Positions 52,771-61,278 of a stretch of 64,000 bases of DNA are shown here, piece after piece. Source of the DNA: an uncultured Gilliamella sp. (GTDB lineage Bacteria > Pseudomonadota > Gammaproteobacteria > Enterobacterales > Orbaceae); the NCBI GenBank assembly GCA_946482005.1, contig CAMLPV010000011.1:7276-71275 (forward strand), given 5' to 3'. Numbering within the stretch: position 1 is the first letter of the stretch; every line of letters starts with the position of its first letter. The notes beneath the pieces are model-generated. The model worked only from the letters and a program-made list of their open reading frames with translations, made no database searches and was not told the origin of the DNA. Made by a program: the position numbers and the translations under genes.

Positions 52771-53057
52771 AAGGTAATTAAAACTATTTATCATCCATTA
52801 ATTAAATAAACTATAAGTATTGAAATATCTAAAATTCTTACAGTTAGAAAGAAAAACCTTTAATGAAATAAAAGTATCTTTTTGGAGTAACCATAATAAT
52901 TATAAATTTCAAATATATTAACTTACCAAGATTAATGAAATATGAGGTATTTCAAGATTTAATTTTTAATTTCAAAGAAAACATTATAAATCAATAAAAC
53001 ATCTTGTAATCACCTTTTTGGATCTTAGATACTATAATGATATTTACAATGTCAAAA

Positions 53058-53096
53058 TTATTTACTTGAGATATATTCAAAATCTCAAGTAAATAA
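53058..53096 (-). terminator. Terminator of the AfsA operon
   Basis: ttatttacttgagat-N9-atctcaagtaaataa 15-bp stem. Confidence 0.65.
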
Positions 53097-53121
53097 AAAA
53101 TCCTCTAATTCATTAAAAGTT

Positions 53122-53403
53122 TTATTTTAGCTGTAGACTAGGTGATAGTTTAGTGGCCGCAAAAAACGTATAGTTGAAATCGACCAAATCATGAATATAA
53201 AAAGGATCTGTTTTCATAATATTTTGTGCTTCTTCAATCGAATCACTCATTACTAAAATTATACCCCCGGATTTATCTTCCAGAAGCCCAGATGCTAAAA
53301 ATTTATTTTTTGCAAAATAATCATCTAAAAATACATTGTGCTCATCAAGTTTTGCAAAAATTTCTGGCATAGGTTTTTTAAACTTTAAAGTTACAATTAT
53401 CAT
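53122..53403 (-). CDS. YciI-family protein
   Basis: LDEHNVFL, FLASG..GGIIL, DPFY. Confidence 0.85.
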   Translation of the reverse strand: MIIVTLKFKKPMPEIFAKLDEHNVFLDDYFAKNKFLASGLLEDKSGGIILVMSDSIEEAQNIMKTDPFYIHDLVDFNYTFFAATKLSPSLQLK

Positions 53404-53432
53404 TTTTATTCCTTATTTAAAATCTATTTAAT

Positions 53433-54176
53433 TCAATCTAGTAAATTTCGTATTTCAAAAAAATCACCTGATGTAATTTTCAGTGTTTCGATATTATTTA
53501 AAACATGAATTAGGTCTTTTGCCCGTTGTTCTGGACTTACTAAATAGTTATTCTTCTGATACATTCGTTCAGCTAATTTTTTCAATTCTAAAAATTGATT
53601 TATATCTGGATTGTCCAAAGACATTACACGAGATATTTGAGAATCAAAAATACATAATCCAATCACAGCAAAGAAAAGATGTGGATTTTCCAGTGCATAT
53701 ATTTTCATCATCATATTTAACGCAGACTTGGACACGGCGTAAGCTGACATTCCTTCTCGCGCGCGAACTCCTGAGATAGAAGCAGATACAATAATCTGTT
53801 CTAACAACAAGTTTTCACGATTTAAGAAAAAATCTAATAAAATCTTATAAGAAAATAAATTTACTGAAATGACATAGTTGAAATCATCAAATTTTTGTTG
53901 ATCTAAACGAGAGAGTTTAGGAATTAAACCTGCATTTAGATATAAACGGTCAAGTTTTTTGACTTGTTGTAAATCTGAAAACTTCTCTAAATTTTCCGTT
54001 ATAGATTTTGACTGTGATAAATCTATACTATGATGGTAAAAATTTTCATATTTTTGTAACTCATCACATTTACTACGCGAAATACCATATACATGGTCTC
54101 CTTGTTTTAAATGATAAAGAGCGAGTTCCCGACCTATTCCCTTACTCACTCCAGAGATAAAAATATTTTTTTTCAT
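53433..54176 (-). CDS. SDR oxidoreductase
   Basis: SGVSKGIG, LNAG, YAVSK. Confidence 0.88.
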   Translation of the reverse strand: MKKNIFISGVSKGIGRELALYHLKQGDHVYGISRSKCDELQKYENFYHHSIDLSQSKSITENLEKFSDLQQVKKLDRLYLNAGLIPKLSRLDQQKFDDFNYVISVNLFSYKILLDFFLNRENLLLEQIIVSASISGVRAREGMSAYAVSKSALNMMMKIYALENPHLFFAVIGLCIFDSQISRVMSLDNPDINQFLELKKLAERMYQKNNYLVSPEQRAKDLIHVLNNIETLKITSGDFFEIRNLLD

Positions 54177-54187
54177 AATGATTAACT

Positions 54188-54973
54188 CTAATTAAATTTA
54201 CCAGAATTAAATCCTCCATCAACGGGTAATATAACACCTGTTGTATATGATGATTTTTGACTTAATAACCATAAAACACTATTAGCAACTTCTTCAGCAG
54301 TACCAAATCTTTTCATTGCAGTAATCGATAGTTTTCTTTGTGTCTTCTCAGGATTTTTCTGTAAATTCTCTTCATTATTCATTCCGCCTAATATAGGGCC
54401 AGGCGCTACAGCATTAATACGAATTGAGTGCGCACCATCATGATCAACAGCACATTCTATAGCTGCAACTTGAGTTAACATATTGATGGCCGCTTTACTT
54501 ACAGAATATGCTGCTTGCATTCGTAATGCTTGCAATCCTGCACATGATGATATATTTACTATCGCACCAGATTTATTTTGAGAAATTAATTGAATTTCTC
54601 GCTTCAGACAATGTGCTGTACCTGTCAAATTAATATCAATAATTTTTTTCCACTTATCAATATCAAGTTCCGAAATATTACTGTAAGGGGCGGTTACACC
54701 AGCATTGTTTACAGCAAAATGCAAAGTTTTAAATTTGTCATGTATATGATCAAATGTATCATCAATTTCTTTAGAATTTGATATATCACAAGCCAAAAAA
54801 TGACACTTACCCTTTATATCATTTAGTTCAGGTTTATTTATATTTCTCCCTAAAACAATTATATTTGCTTTTAATTCAAGAAGTTTATGGACTAAATGAA
54901 GTCCCATACCATTTGTACCGCCAACAACAACAATGTTCTTATCTTCAAAATCAATATATTCCATTTTAGTCAC
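54188..54973 (-). CDS. SDR oxidoreductase (classical)
   Basis: GGTNGMG, NNAG, YSVSK, IRINAVAPG, VDGG. Confidence 0.9.
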   Translation of the reverse strand: MTKMEYIDFEDKNIVVVGGTNGMGLHLVHKLLELKANIIVLGRNINKPELNDIKGKCHFLACDISNSKEIDDTFDHIHDKFKTLHFAVNNAGVTAPYSNISELDIDKWKKIIDINLTGTAHCLKREIQLISQNKSGAIVNISSCAGLQALRMQAAYSVSKAAINMLTQVAAIECAVDHDGAHSIRINAVAPGPILGGMNNEENLQKNPEKTQRKLSITAMKRFGTAEEVANSVLWLLSQKSSYTTGVILPVDGGFNSGKFN

Positions 54974-56124
54974 TCATATTTAATTTTAGGATTTCTTAAA
55001 AAATCGGGATTAACACAGCAATAAACTCTATCCAAGTCTGGGTTACTTTTGTCTCTAAAACAAAATCCATCATACCTACATGCATTGATTTCAGTATTTT
55101 CAAAGTATTTAGGTAAGAGATTAGGGTCTGCAAACAATGCCCTTGACATACCGATATAGTCAATTTTATACTTTTCGAGTAGTTCATTTGCATCTGATAT
55201 TGATCTTACTAAACCTGTACAACCAACAGGTATTTTGGTTGTGAAAGATTTAATCTTATTTGCCCCAGAAAAAATTCTATTTTTAATTTCCGGATCATAA
55301 CCACTTAAAAACTTATGAAATGTTTCTCCTATACACATTGAACATTCTATTCCATCAATATTTAATCTTTCCAGATCCTCTACGACTTCTTGTAAATACT
55401 CTGGTTTCTGACCTTCATCATTATCAAAGCAATCATCAATTCCCAAACGAACAAAAATACTTAGATTGTAGTTAGTCTTCACTTGAATGGCTTCAATGAT
55501 TCTTCTGAGTATGAGTGCTCTTTTTTTGGGATTTCCGCCGTAGTCATCTGTACGCTTATTTGTATAAGGCGACAAAAAGCTACTAATCAAATATCCATTG
55601 CCTGCCTGAATTTGAATAGCTTTTCCACCAACCTGCTGAACTAACCATGCAGCATGAGCAAACTCTTCAATCACAGTTTCAATATCGCTTATAGACATTT
55701 CTACAACTTTGTCTTCTGGAAATTTTTTACTCATTCTTTTACAAAATAGACCACTAGGTGATAATAAGGGGCGTGCTGTATGGCTTGATGAACCTTGTGC
55801 ACCATAATGCTGAAGTTGAACTACCACTAAAACATTTTTTCCATCTGCATATTCTAAAATAGGTTTCAGCGCTTGTGCATGTTTGAATTCATATAAAGCT
55901 AATCCTCTTTCATGTAAACGAGAGTATGGTGACACGGTTGAGTTGCCGATTTTAATCATACCGACACCCCCATCAATAATTTTTTTATAAAAATCAACTA
56001 ATTCACTTGTGCATTCACCAGAAGATGTTGCCAAATCTAACCCTATTGATGATAAAAACAATCTATTTTTAATTGAAATTCCACTTTGAAACTGTAAAGG
56101 CGTTAGTAGATTGAAATTATTCAT
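54970..56124 (-). CDS. Old Yellow Enzyme-family NADH:flavin oxidoreductase
   Basis: IKNRL, QLQHYG, GNGYLISSFLSP..NKRTDDYGG, SRALFADP, C-terminal Cys cluster. Confidence 0.88.
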   Translation of the reverse strand: MNNFNLLTPLQFQSGISIKNRLFLSSIGLDLATSSGECTSELVDFYKKIIDGGVGMIKIGNSTVSPYSRLHERGLALYEFKHAQALKPILEYADGKNVLVVVQLQHYGAQGSSSHTARPLLSPSGLFCKRMSKKFPEDKVVEMSISDIETVIEEFAHAAWLVQQVGGKAIQIQAGNGYLISSFLSPYTNKRTDDYGGNPKKRALILRRIIEAIQVKTNYNLSIFVRLGIDDCFDNDEGQKPEYLQEVVEDLERLNIDGIECSMCIGETFHKFLSGYDPEIKNRIFSGANKIKSFTTKIPVGCTGLVRSISDANELLEKYKIDYIGMSRALFADPNLLPKYFENTEINACRYDGFCFRDKSNPDLDRVYCCVNPDFLRNPKIKYE

Positions 56125-56143
56125 ATTTATTTTCCCTAACTTA

Positions 56144-57289
56144 TTAAATATTTAGCGCTTCAAACATCCTACGATGATAAAACGACGTATTGATTATATT
56201 ATTTAATGTAAGTAATTGGGATTTAGATAAATTATCAAATAGCAAAGAAAGGCAATTATTGTCCTCTTCTTTTATTTCATGTTTTTTTATAGAAAACTCA
56301 TGCTTATCCATCAAAACCACATTAGAAACGTTATGCATATTTGTTCCATCATTTTCAATGATGATTCCAGTTAAAGATAAACATATTATCTTTTTATGTA
56401 AAACCTCACTATTTTCATCACTCAATACTTGCAACTTCATATTTTCATCAAAAGGATAAAAATTTAATGCTTTGAGGTAATTTTCATTTCTTAAACGAGG
56501 GAAAATACTCATTGGGATAATCCCACCAATCAAACAGAAAGTTCCTGTAAGTTTACCTCTTTGATAGAACCATGCTTTCTTTTCAATAGTTTTAGGTTTA
56601 AATCTACGCACATAATCTTTGTGCGAAAATAATAACTCTACAGGATAAGATGAGACGGTATAACCTAAAAAATTGACTTCAAGATTTGTCATTGAAATGG
56701 AAACTTCTTTGAAAACATGTCCAGAGGTTGAGTAAACATAATCGTATACTGCTTGTCTTGCTGCTTCAATCAACATCATGCCTGGAACATGCTCATGACT
56801 TTTCTTATAAAAATACTGATTTTTTATATTATTAAATAGGAAATATGAATGGACGATGGCTGCACTTTGAATATTAGAAATAATTTTTTTATCATTGTTA
56901 TCAATTGGAAGAACAGTTGGTAATAATTTACTTCGAATGATTTCTTCCAAATGTAAAGGAACATAACCACTAATCAATTCTAAAGTTTCATCATCAATTG
57001 GTTTGTAAAACTCGGTCAAATGTATATCAGGAAATAATTCATAAACGATACTTTTAGGTATTTGCAGAGGCAATGTTCTAAGTACGTATATATTTTTTTC
57101 ACCAGATCGACACAGTTTATAAACTGCTTTCAATAAACTTTCTTGTTCGGGATTGTTTGTAATTAAATCGTTGAAATCATTTTGTTCAATGATATTCGCT
57201 AATACAACATCAGCTTCATAAATAAGAACATCTTCAAGTTCTGTTTTATGAACTAAGTTAGGGGTAACTAGCTCCTTTTTCTTCATCAT
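56144..57289 (-). CDS. AfsA/ScbA-related hotdog-fold protein with C-terminal extension
   Basis: LVHK..EDVLI N-motif and HEHVPGMMLIEAARQA AfsA signature. Confidence 0.8.
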   Translation of the reverse strand: MMKKKELVTPNLVHKTELEDVLIYEADVVLANIIEQNDFNDLITNNPEQESLLKAVYKLCRSGEKNIYVLRTLPLQIPKSIVYELFPDIHLTEFYKPIDDETLELISGYVPLHLEEIIRSKLLPTVLPIDNNDKKIISNIQSAAIVHSYFLFNNIKNQYFYKKSHEHVPGMMLIEAARQAVYDYVYSTSGHVFKEVSISMTNLEVNFLGYTVSSYPVELLFSHKDYVRRFKPKTIEKKAWFYQRGKLTGTFCLIGGIIPMSIFPRLRNENYLKALNFYPFDENMKLQVLSDENSEVLHKKIICLSLTGIIIENDGTNMHNVSNVVLMDKHEFSIKKHEIKEEDNNCLSLLFDNLSKSQLLTLNNIINTSFYHRRMFEALNI

Positions 57290-57711
57290 TCACTTTCTCC
57301 ATTTAATTTATATTATTTATAACGGTACTCTATATTCTTGAAATTATGGTTTTTATTGATATTAATAAATACAGCTTTTTTTATAAACTAAGGAACTATC
57401 TAGATGCGAATTTTTGGCAATTAATATTAAAGTATCATCTCCTTTTTAAATAACTATAAAAATGAATTAACCTTTCTAAATCTGGTTAATTATGATCCAA
57501 TTTATCAGATCGTTTAGCGGGTTAAATTCCCATTATTTATCCTAAAAAATTTTAAATTCTAAATAGCCCCTTAATCACAAAGATGATTGATAATTTGCAT
57601 TTTATAATAACTTTACGCAAAAAATTTTAAGAAAAATTCAAACATTGATAACTGATAAAATCTATACTTTGTTATCGATAAATTATCTTATTCAATAAGT
57701 TATCAAATCTT

Positions 57712-58329
57712 TCAATAGTAACCTTTTGCTTGGTATTCATATGCTAATTTAATTAATTTTTCATATTGTTTATCTTTAGGAACATATTCAGATAAAATAT
57801 AATCTTGGTAATCTTTGAAAATAGTATCTATTTGATTCTGTTCTTTAATAAATGCAGAACCATGTATTATGAAAGGATAAGTATATACTCCACCAACATA
57901 ACTAATTGTTGCTTGTAAATGCCTCAGTAATTCATTAACAGATACACCTACAATACCTCCAGGAGTATGCATTTTCTCTGTTCCACCAACAGAAACAATT
58001 GTACTGAATTGCTTTCCAATAAGTTTTGTTCCTAATTCGGTTCCTTTCCTACCATAAGCAAAACCAGGTGTAAAAATTTCATCAATCCATTTTTTTAAAA
58101 TGGCAGGATAGGAATACCAATATAATGGAAATTGAAAAATAATACGTTCGGAATCTAATAAGCAAGATTGTTCATCTTCTACATTAAATCGATTATTTAT
58201 ACACGATTTGGAAATATCGCGAATCACCAGATTTTCCGGTTTGGACGAAATTAATTTTTCTATAAGATTTCTATTAACAAAAGAGCCATTTAAATCTGGA
58301 TGAGCTAGTAAAAGCAAAGTCTTTTTCAT
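57712..58329 (-). CDS. Flavodoxin-like NAD(P)H dehydrogenase (KefF/MdaB type)
   Basis: LAHP, IIFQFPLYWYSYPAILKKWIDE, GFAYG. Confidence 0.88.
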   Translation of the reverse strand: MKKTLLLLAHPDLNGSFVNRNLIEKLISSKPENLVIRDISKSCINNRFNVEDEQSCLLDSERIIFQFPLYWYSYPAILKKWIDEIFTPGFAYGRKGTELGTKLIGKQFSTIVSVGGTEKMHTPGGIVGVSVNELLRHLQATISYVGGVYTYPFIIHGSAFIKEQNQIDTIFKDYQDYILSEYVPKDKQYEKLIKLAYEYQAKGYY

Positions 58330-59092
58330 TATTTAAATATCCTAAAATCAACTAATAATTTATCGCCTAAATTAAAAATAACAGATAATCGGTATGGTGT
58401 AAATGTATTTATTTGCATCATTTTTCGATCAATATTTATACGTTAATTTAATTGAGAAAGATCAAAATATGAACAACGAAAACACTCTTTGAAGCTCAAA
58501 AAATAGGCAGATGTCAACTGTATAATCTAGATGACAATGGCAGGAAAAAATATTAGTCAAAAATAGGAGAGCAATTTTAATTGCTATTTGATGACTTTAC
58601 TTGAGCATCACATTATTTAATAAATAAAATTCCAATATCTAAATATCCATTAAAATGTCCGTTAACTTGTTATAAAAATGTAATAATATCAAAATATATC
58701 ATTACATTTTGTATGAACTTTTATTTTTAAAAATAGTATCGAAATAATTATCAATAATATTAATTATGTTTTAAATATTTTTTCCTTAATTGATTAAGTT
58801 TGCGAGGTTTTAAACGTGATTGTGTTAAAAGATTTTCAATATTCTGGTTATAATCTCATTAATTTCTGACTTTTAGTTTTGTATTTATTCAATCCCTCTT
58901 GTCGTTAGCGTATAACCTTTCTGATAAGATAGTTAGTTTCAATTTCAATAACTATAATTCATCCATTGATTCAAATTATAAATAGTAATGCATTTTATGA
59001 TATTGCAACTCATTTTAATTTTTTCATTACAATGCAAATAGGATAACTGAAGTTAAAACTAACTTTTTTTATTTAAAATTTTTTAAGTTTAA

Positions 59093-59854
59093 TTAAATAA
59101 CTTTATCAACAATAATTTTTTTTGCTATTAGATATTGTTCATCATTAAGATTAATCGCTTGATCGGTGATCACTCGGTGGATTGATTCGATTGGCTTTAA
59201 TTGATAAGGTTGTTTTTGACCAAATTTTGAGGAATCAGTAATAATGATGTTTTCACAAGGTTTGGTTAATATTGTATTGACTAATTCAGTACGCATTTGG
59301 TTTCGTCCTGAAAAACCTGTAGTTGGTAAAAAACCGTCAATACCAATAAACGCTTTGTCGAAATGTAAATATTTTATCGCAAGGCAAGCTAATTCACCCA
59401 CAACGCTTTCACTTTTCTTTTGATATTCTCCTCCAATTAAAATCACTTTTAAATCGGTATTTTTCAGTAATTGAGCAATGTAATAACTGGAAGTAATTAA
59501 AGTGATTCGGCGAGTGTAGGCTAAATGCCTTGCTAATAAGGCGTTGGTACTCCCACCTTCAATAAAGATATGTTCATCGTTATTGACTAGCGAAGCCGCA
59601 TATTCTGCAATCTTTTGTTTTAATGGGAACTTTATTTTCATGCGAGCATCAAGATTGTCGCTATCGACCGCAACAGCATAACCATGCTCTCGTTTTAAAT
59701 AACCATTTTGCTCTAAGAAATTGAGATCATGACGAATGGTTACAACAGAAACATTAAATTGCTCAGCTAAATCATTGACACTAACTTGATTGAGTTCATT
59801 AACTTTATAAATAATCTCTTGTTGTCGTTCATTCATTAAATAAAGCATAGTCAC
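59093..59854 (-). CDS. DeoR-family regulator (YciT-like)
   Basis: MNERQQEI..VSVVTIRHDL..REHGYA; KAFIGIDG. Confidence 0.88.
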   Translation of the reverse strand: MTMLYLMNERQQEIIYKVNELNQVSVNDLAEQFNVSVVTIRHDLNFLEQNGYLKREHGYAVAVDSDNLDARMKIKFPLKQKIAEYAASLVNNDEHIFIEGGSTNALLARHLAYTRRITLITSSYYIAQLLKNTDLKVILIGGEYQKKSESVVGELACLAIKYLHFDKAFIGIDGFLPTTGFSGRNQMRTELVNTILTKPCENIIITDSSKFGQKQPYQLKPIESIHRVITDQAINLNDEQYLIAKKIIVDKVI

Positions 59855-60006
59855 CTGTTATAAAATTGCCATATCCATATATTAATATATGAGTTAACAC
59901 ATAAATAAAAATAGTAATGAATTAAATCTTATTTGTCATTATAAAAGTGGCAAAACTCAATTTAGTTATAAATTTCTGTATTAATCTTTTAAAAACGCGC
60001 ACTTTG

Positions 60007-60179
60007 AATCAATAAAAAAGATCTACATCAGTAGGTCTTTGCTTTAATTTCTGAGGTTTATAATTATCATTAATTAGATAACATGCCCTGTTATTGCGAT
60101 AATGTCATCTTGAGTATCGGGTGATAGTGCTATAAAGAATGCTGAATAACCAGCAACACGAACAACTAAATCACGATAT
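60007..60179. repeat. Degenerate copy of pflF 3' end and terminator (direct repeat of 61213-61384)
   Basis: About 172-bp aligned repeat; encodes [34 protein letters not shown]. Confidence 0.95.
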
Positions 60180-60313
60180 ATCCATTTTATTATTGAATAA
60201 AAACTTGATTCTATTATTATGACAAATGTAACAAAGGTTAAATAACTAATATTTATTAATAATATCAAATCAAAAAGATATATTAGGAATGAGAATACAT
60301 TAGGGAAGATTCT

Positions 60314-61189
60314 GTGAATAAAAAAATACTATTTTTAATCATGCTATTTATGAGTCGTTTTGCGCAAAGTCAAGAAGTAACTTGGGATCTAACTTTTGAT
60401 AACGCCTATAATTTACCTACAGTAATAATGGAGTTTCAAGGTGAAAAAATTCCTTTGATATTGGACACGGGATCTAAAATAGATTTACACCTACCAATGG
60501 CTTTAATTAATAAAATTCCTAATAAAACTGAAAATTCAAAGAAAACAAAATATATTGATTTATCAGGTAATACTGAAGAAGCTAGATCGTTTATTGTCGA
60601 CAAGTTAGCATTAGACTCTCTTACTTTTAACAATGTACAAGTCCTTGAATATAAAAGTTGGGGCTTATTTATGTTAAATGATCGTACTAAGACTGATCAT
60701 GATAAAGAGGAAATTGATGCAGAAAAATCATTGATTGGACTTGGTCTGTTTAAAGATTATGTATTAACTATCAATTATCCTGAAAATAAAATAACAATAT
60801 CAGATGATATAAAGGTTTCTGATGATTTAAATAAAAATTGGTTTTCTATTCCCTTTTATTTAAATAATTATGGTTTAGTTATAAATTTGTTTGATGGTTC
60901 AAAAAACTACGAAATGATATTAGACACAGGAGCTTCAGTGTCAATCATAAAAGAAGAATCACTTTCACCCTCTTCAAGTAAAATTAGCTTACCTAAATAT
61001 AATGTTAGATATACACCACTTGAAATGACGGACGCAGCTAGTGTTAAAGTTGAAGCAATTATAATTGATTCACTTCCGGATAAATTTAAATCTGATGGGA
61101 TAATAGGATCAAATTTTTTCCGTACAAATATAGTTAAAATTGATTTTAGAAATAAGCAAATGTGGGTTCAACCTGTTGTTACAGAATAA
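60314..61189 (+). CDS. Secreted two-lobed retropepsin-like aspartyl protease
   Basis: Signal peptide; [13 protein letters not shown] and [15 protein letters not shown]. Confidence 0.8.
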   Translation: MNKKILFLIMLFMSRFAQSQEVTWDLTFDNAYNLPTVIMEFQGEKIPLILDTGSKIDLHLPMALINKIPNKTENSKKTKYIDLSGNTEEARSFIVDKLALDSLTFNNVQVLEYKSWGLFMLNDRTKTDHDKEEIDAEKSLIGLGLFKDYVLTINYPENKITISDDIKVSDDLNKNWFSIPFYLNNYGLVINLFDGSKNYEMILDTGASVSIIKEESLSPSSSKISLPKYNVRYTPLEMTDAASVKVEAIIIDSLPDKFKSDGIIGSNFFRTNIVKIDFRNKQMWVQPVVTE

Positions 61190-61220
61190 TTTCAAATTAA
61201 TAAATCTAATTAAATCATTA

Positions 61221-61245
61221 AAAAAGACCTACATAGTAGGTCTTT
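61221..61245. terminator. Terminator between the protease gene and pflF
   Basis: aaaaagacctac-ata-gtaggtcttt. Confidence 0.7.
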
Positions 61246-61278
61246 GCTTTAATTGCTGAGGTTTATAATTATCATTAA

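Larger units (their letters stand above)
29629..58500. mobile_element. Composite degraded genomic island integrated at tRNA-Ser (right end approximate)
   Basis: Integrase relic right after the tRNA, second relic at 52.1 kb, accessory cargo, pseudogenes, GC shifts; no clean attR found. Confidence 0.75.

Noticed and set aside
58330-59090. Long AT-rich gap as an ncRNA or the island right boundary
   Set aside because: No structured RNA, ORF or tRNA-end repeat recognised; the boundary is left approximate.
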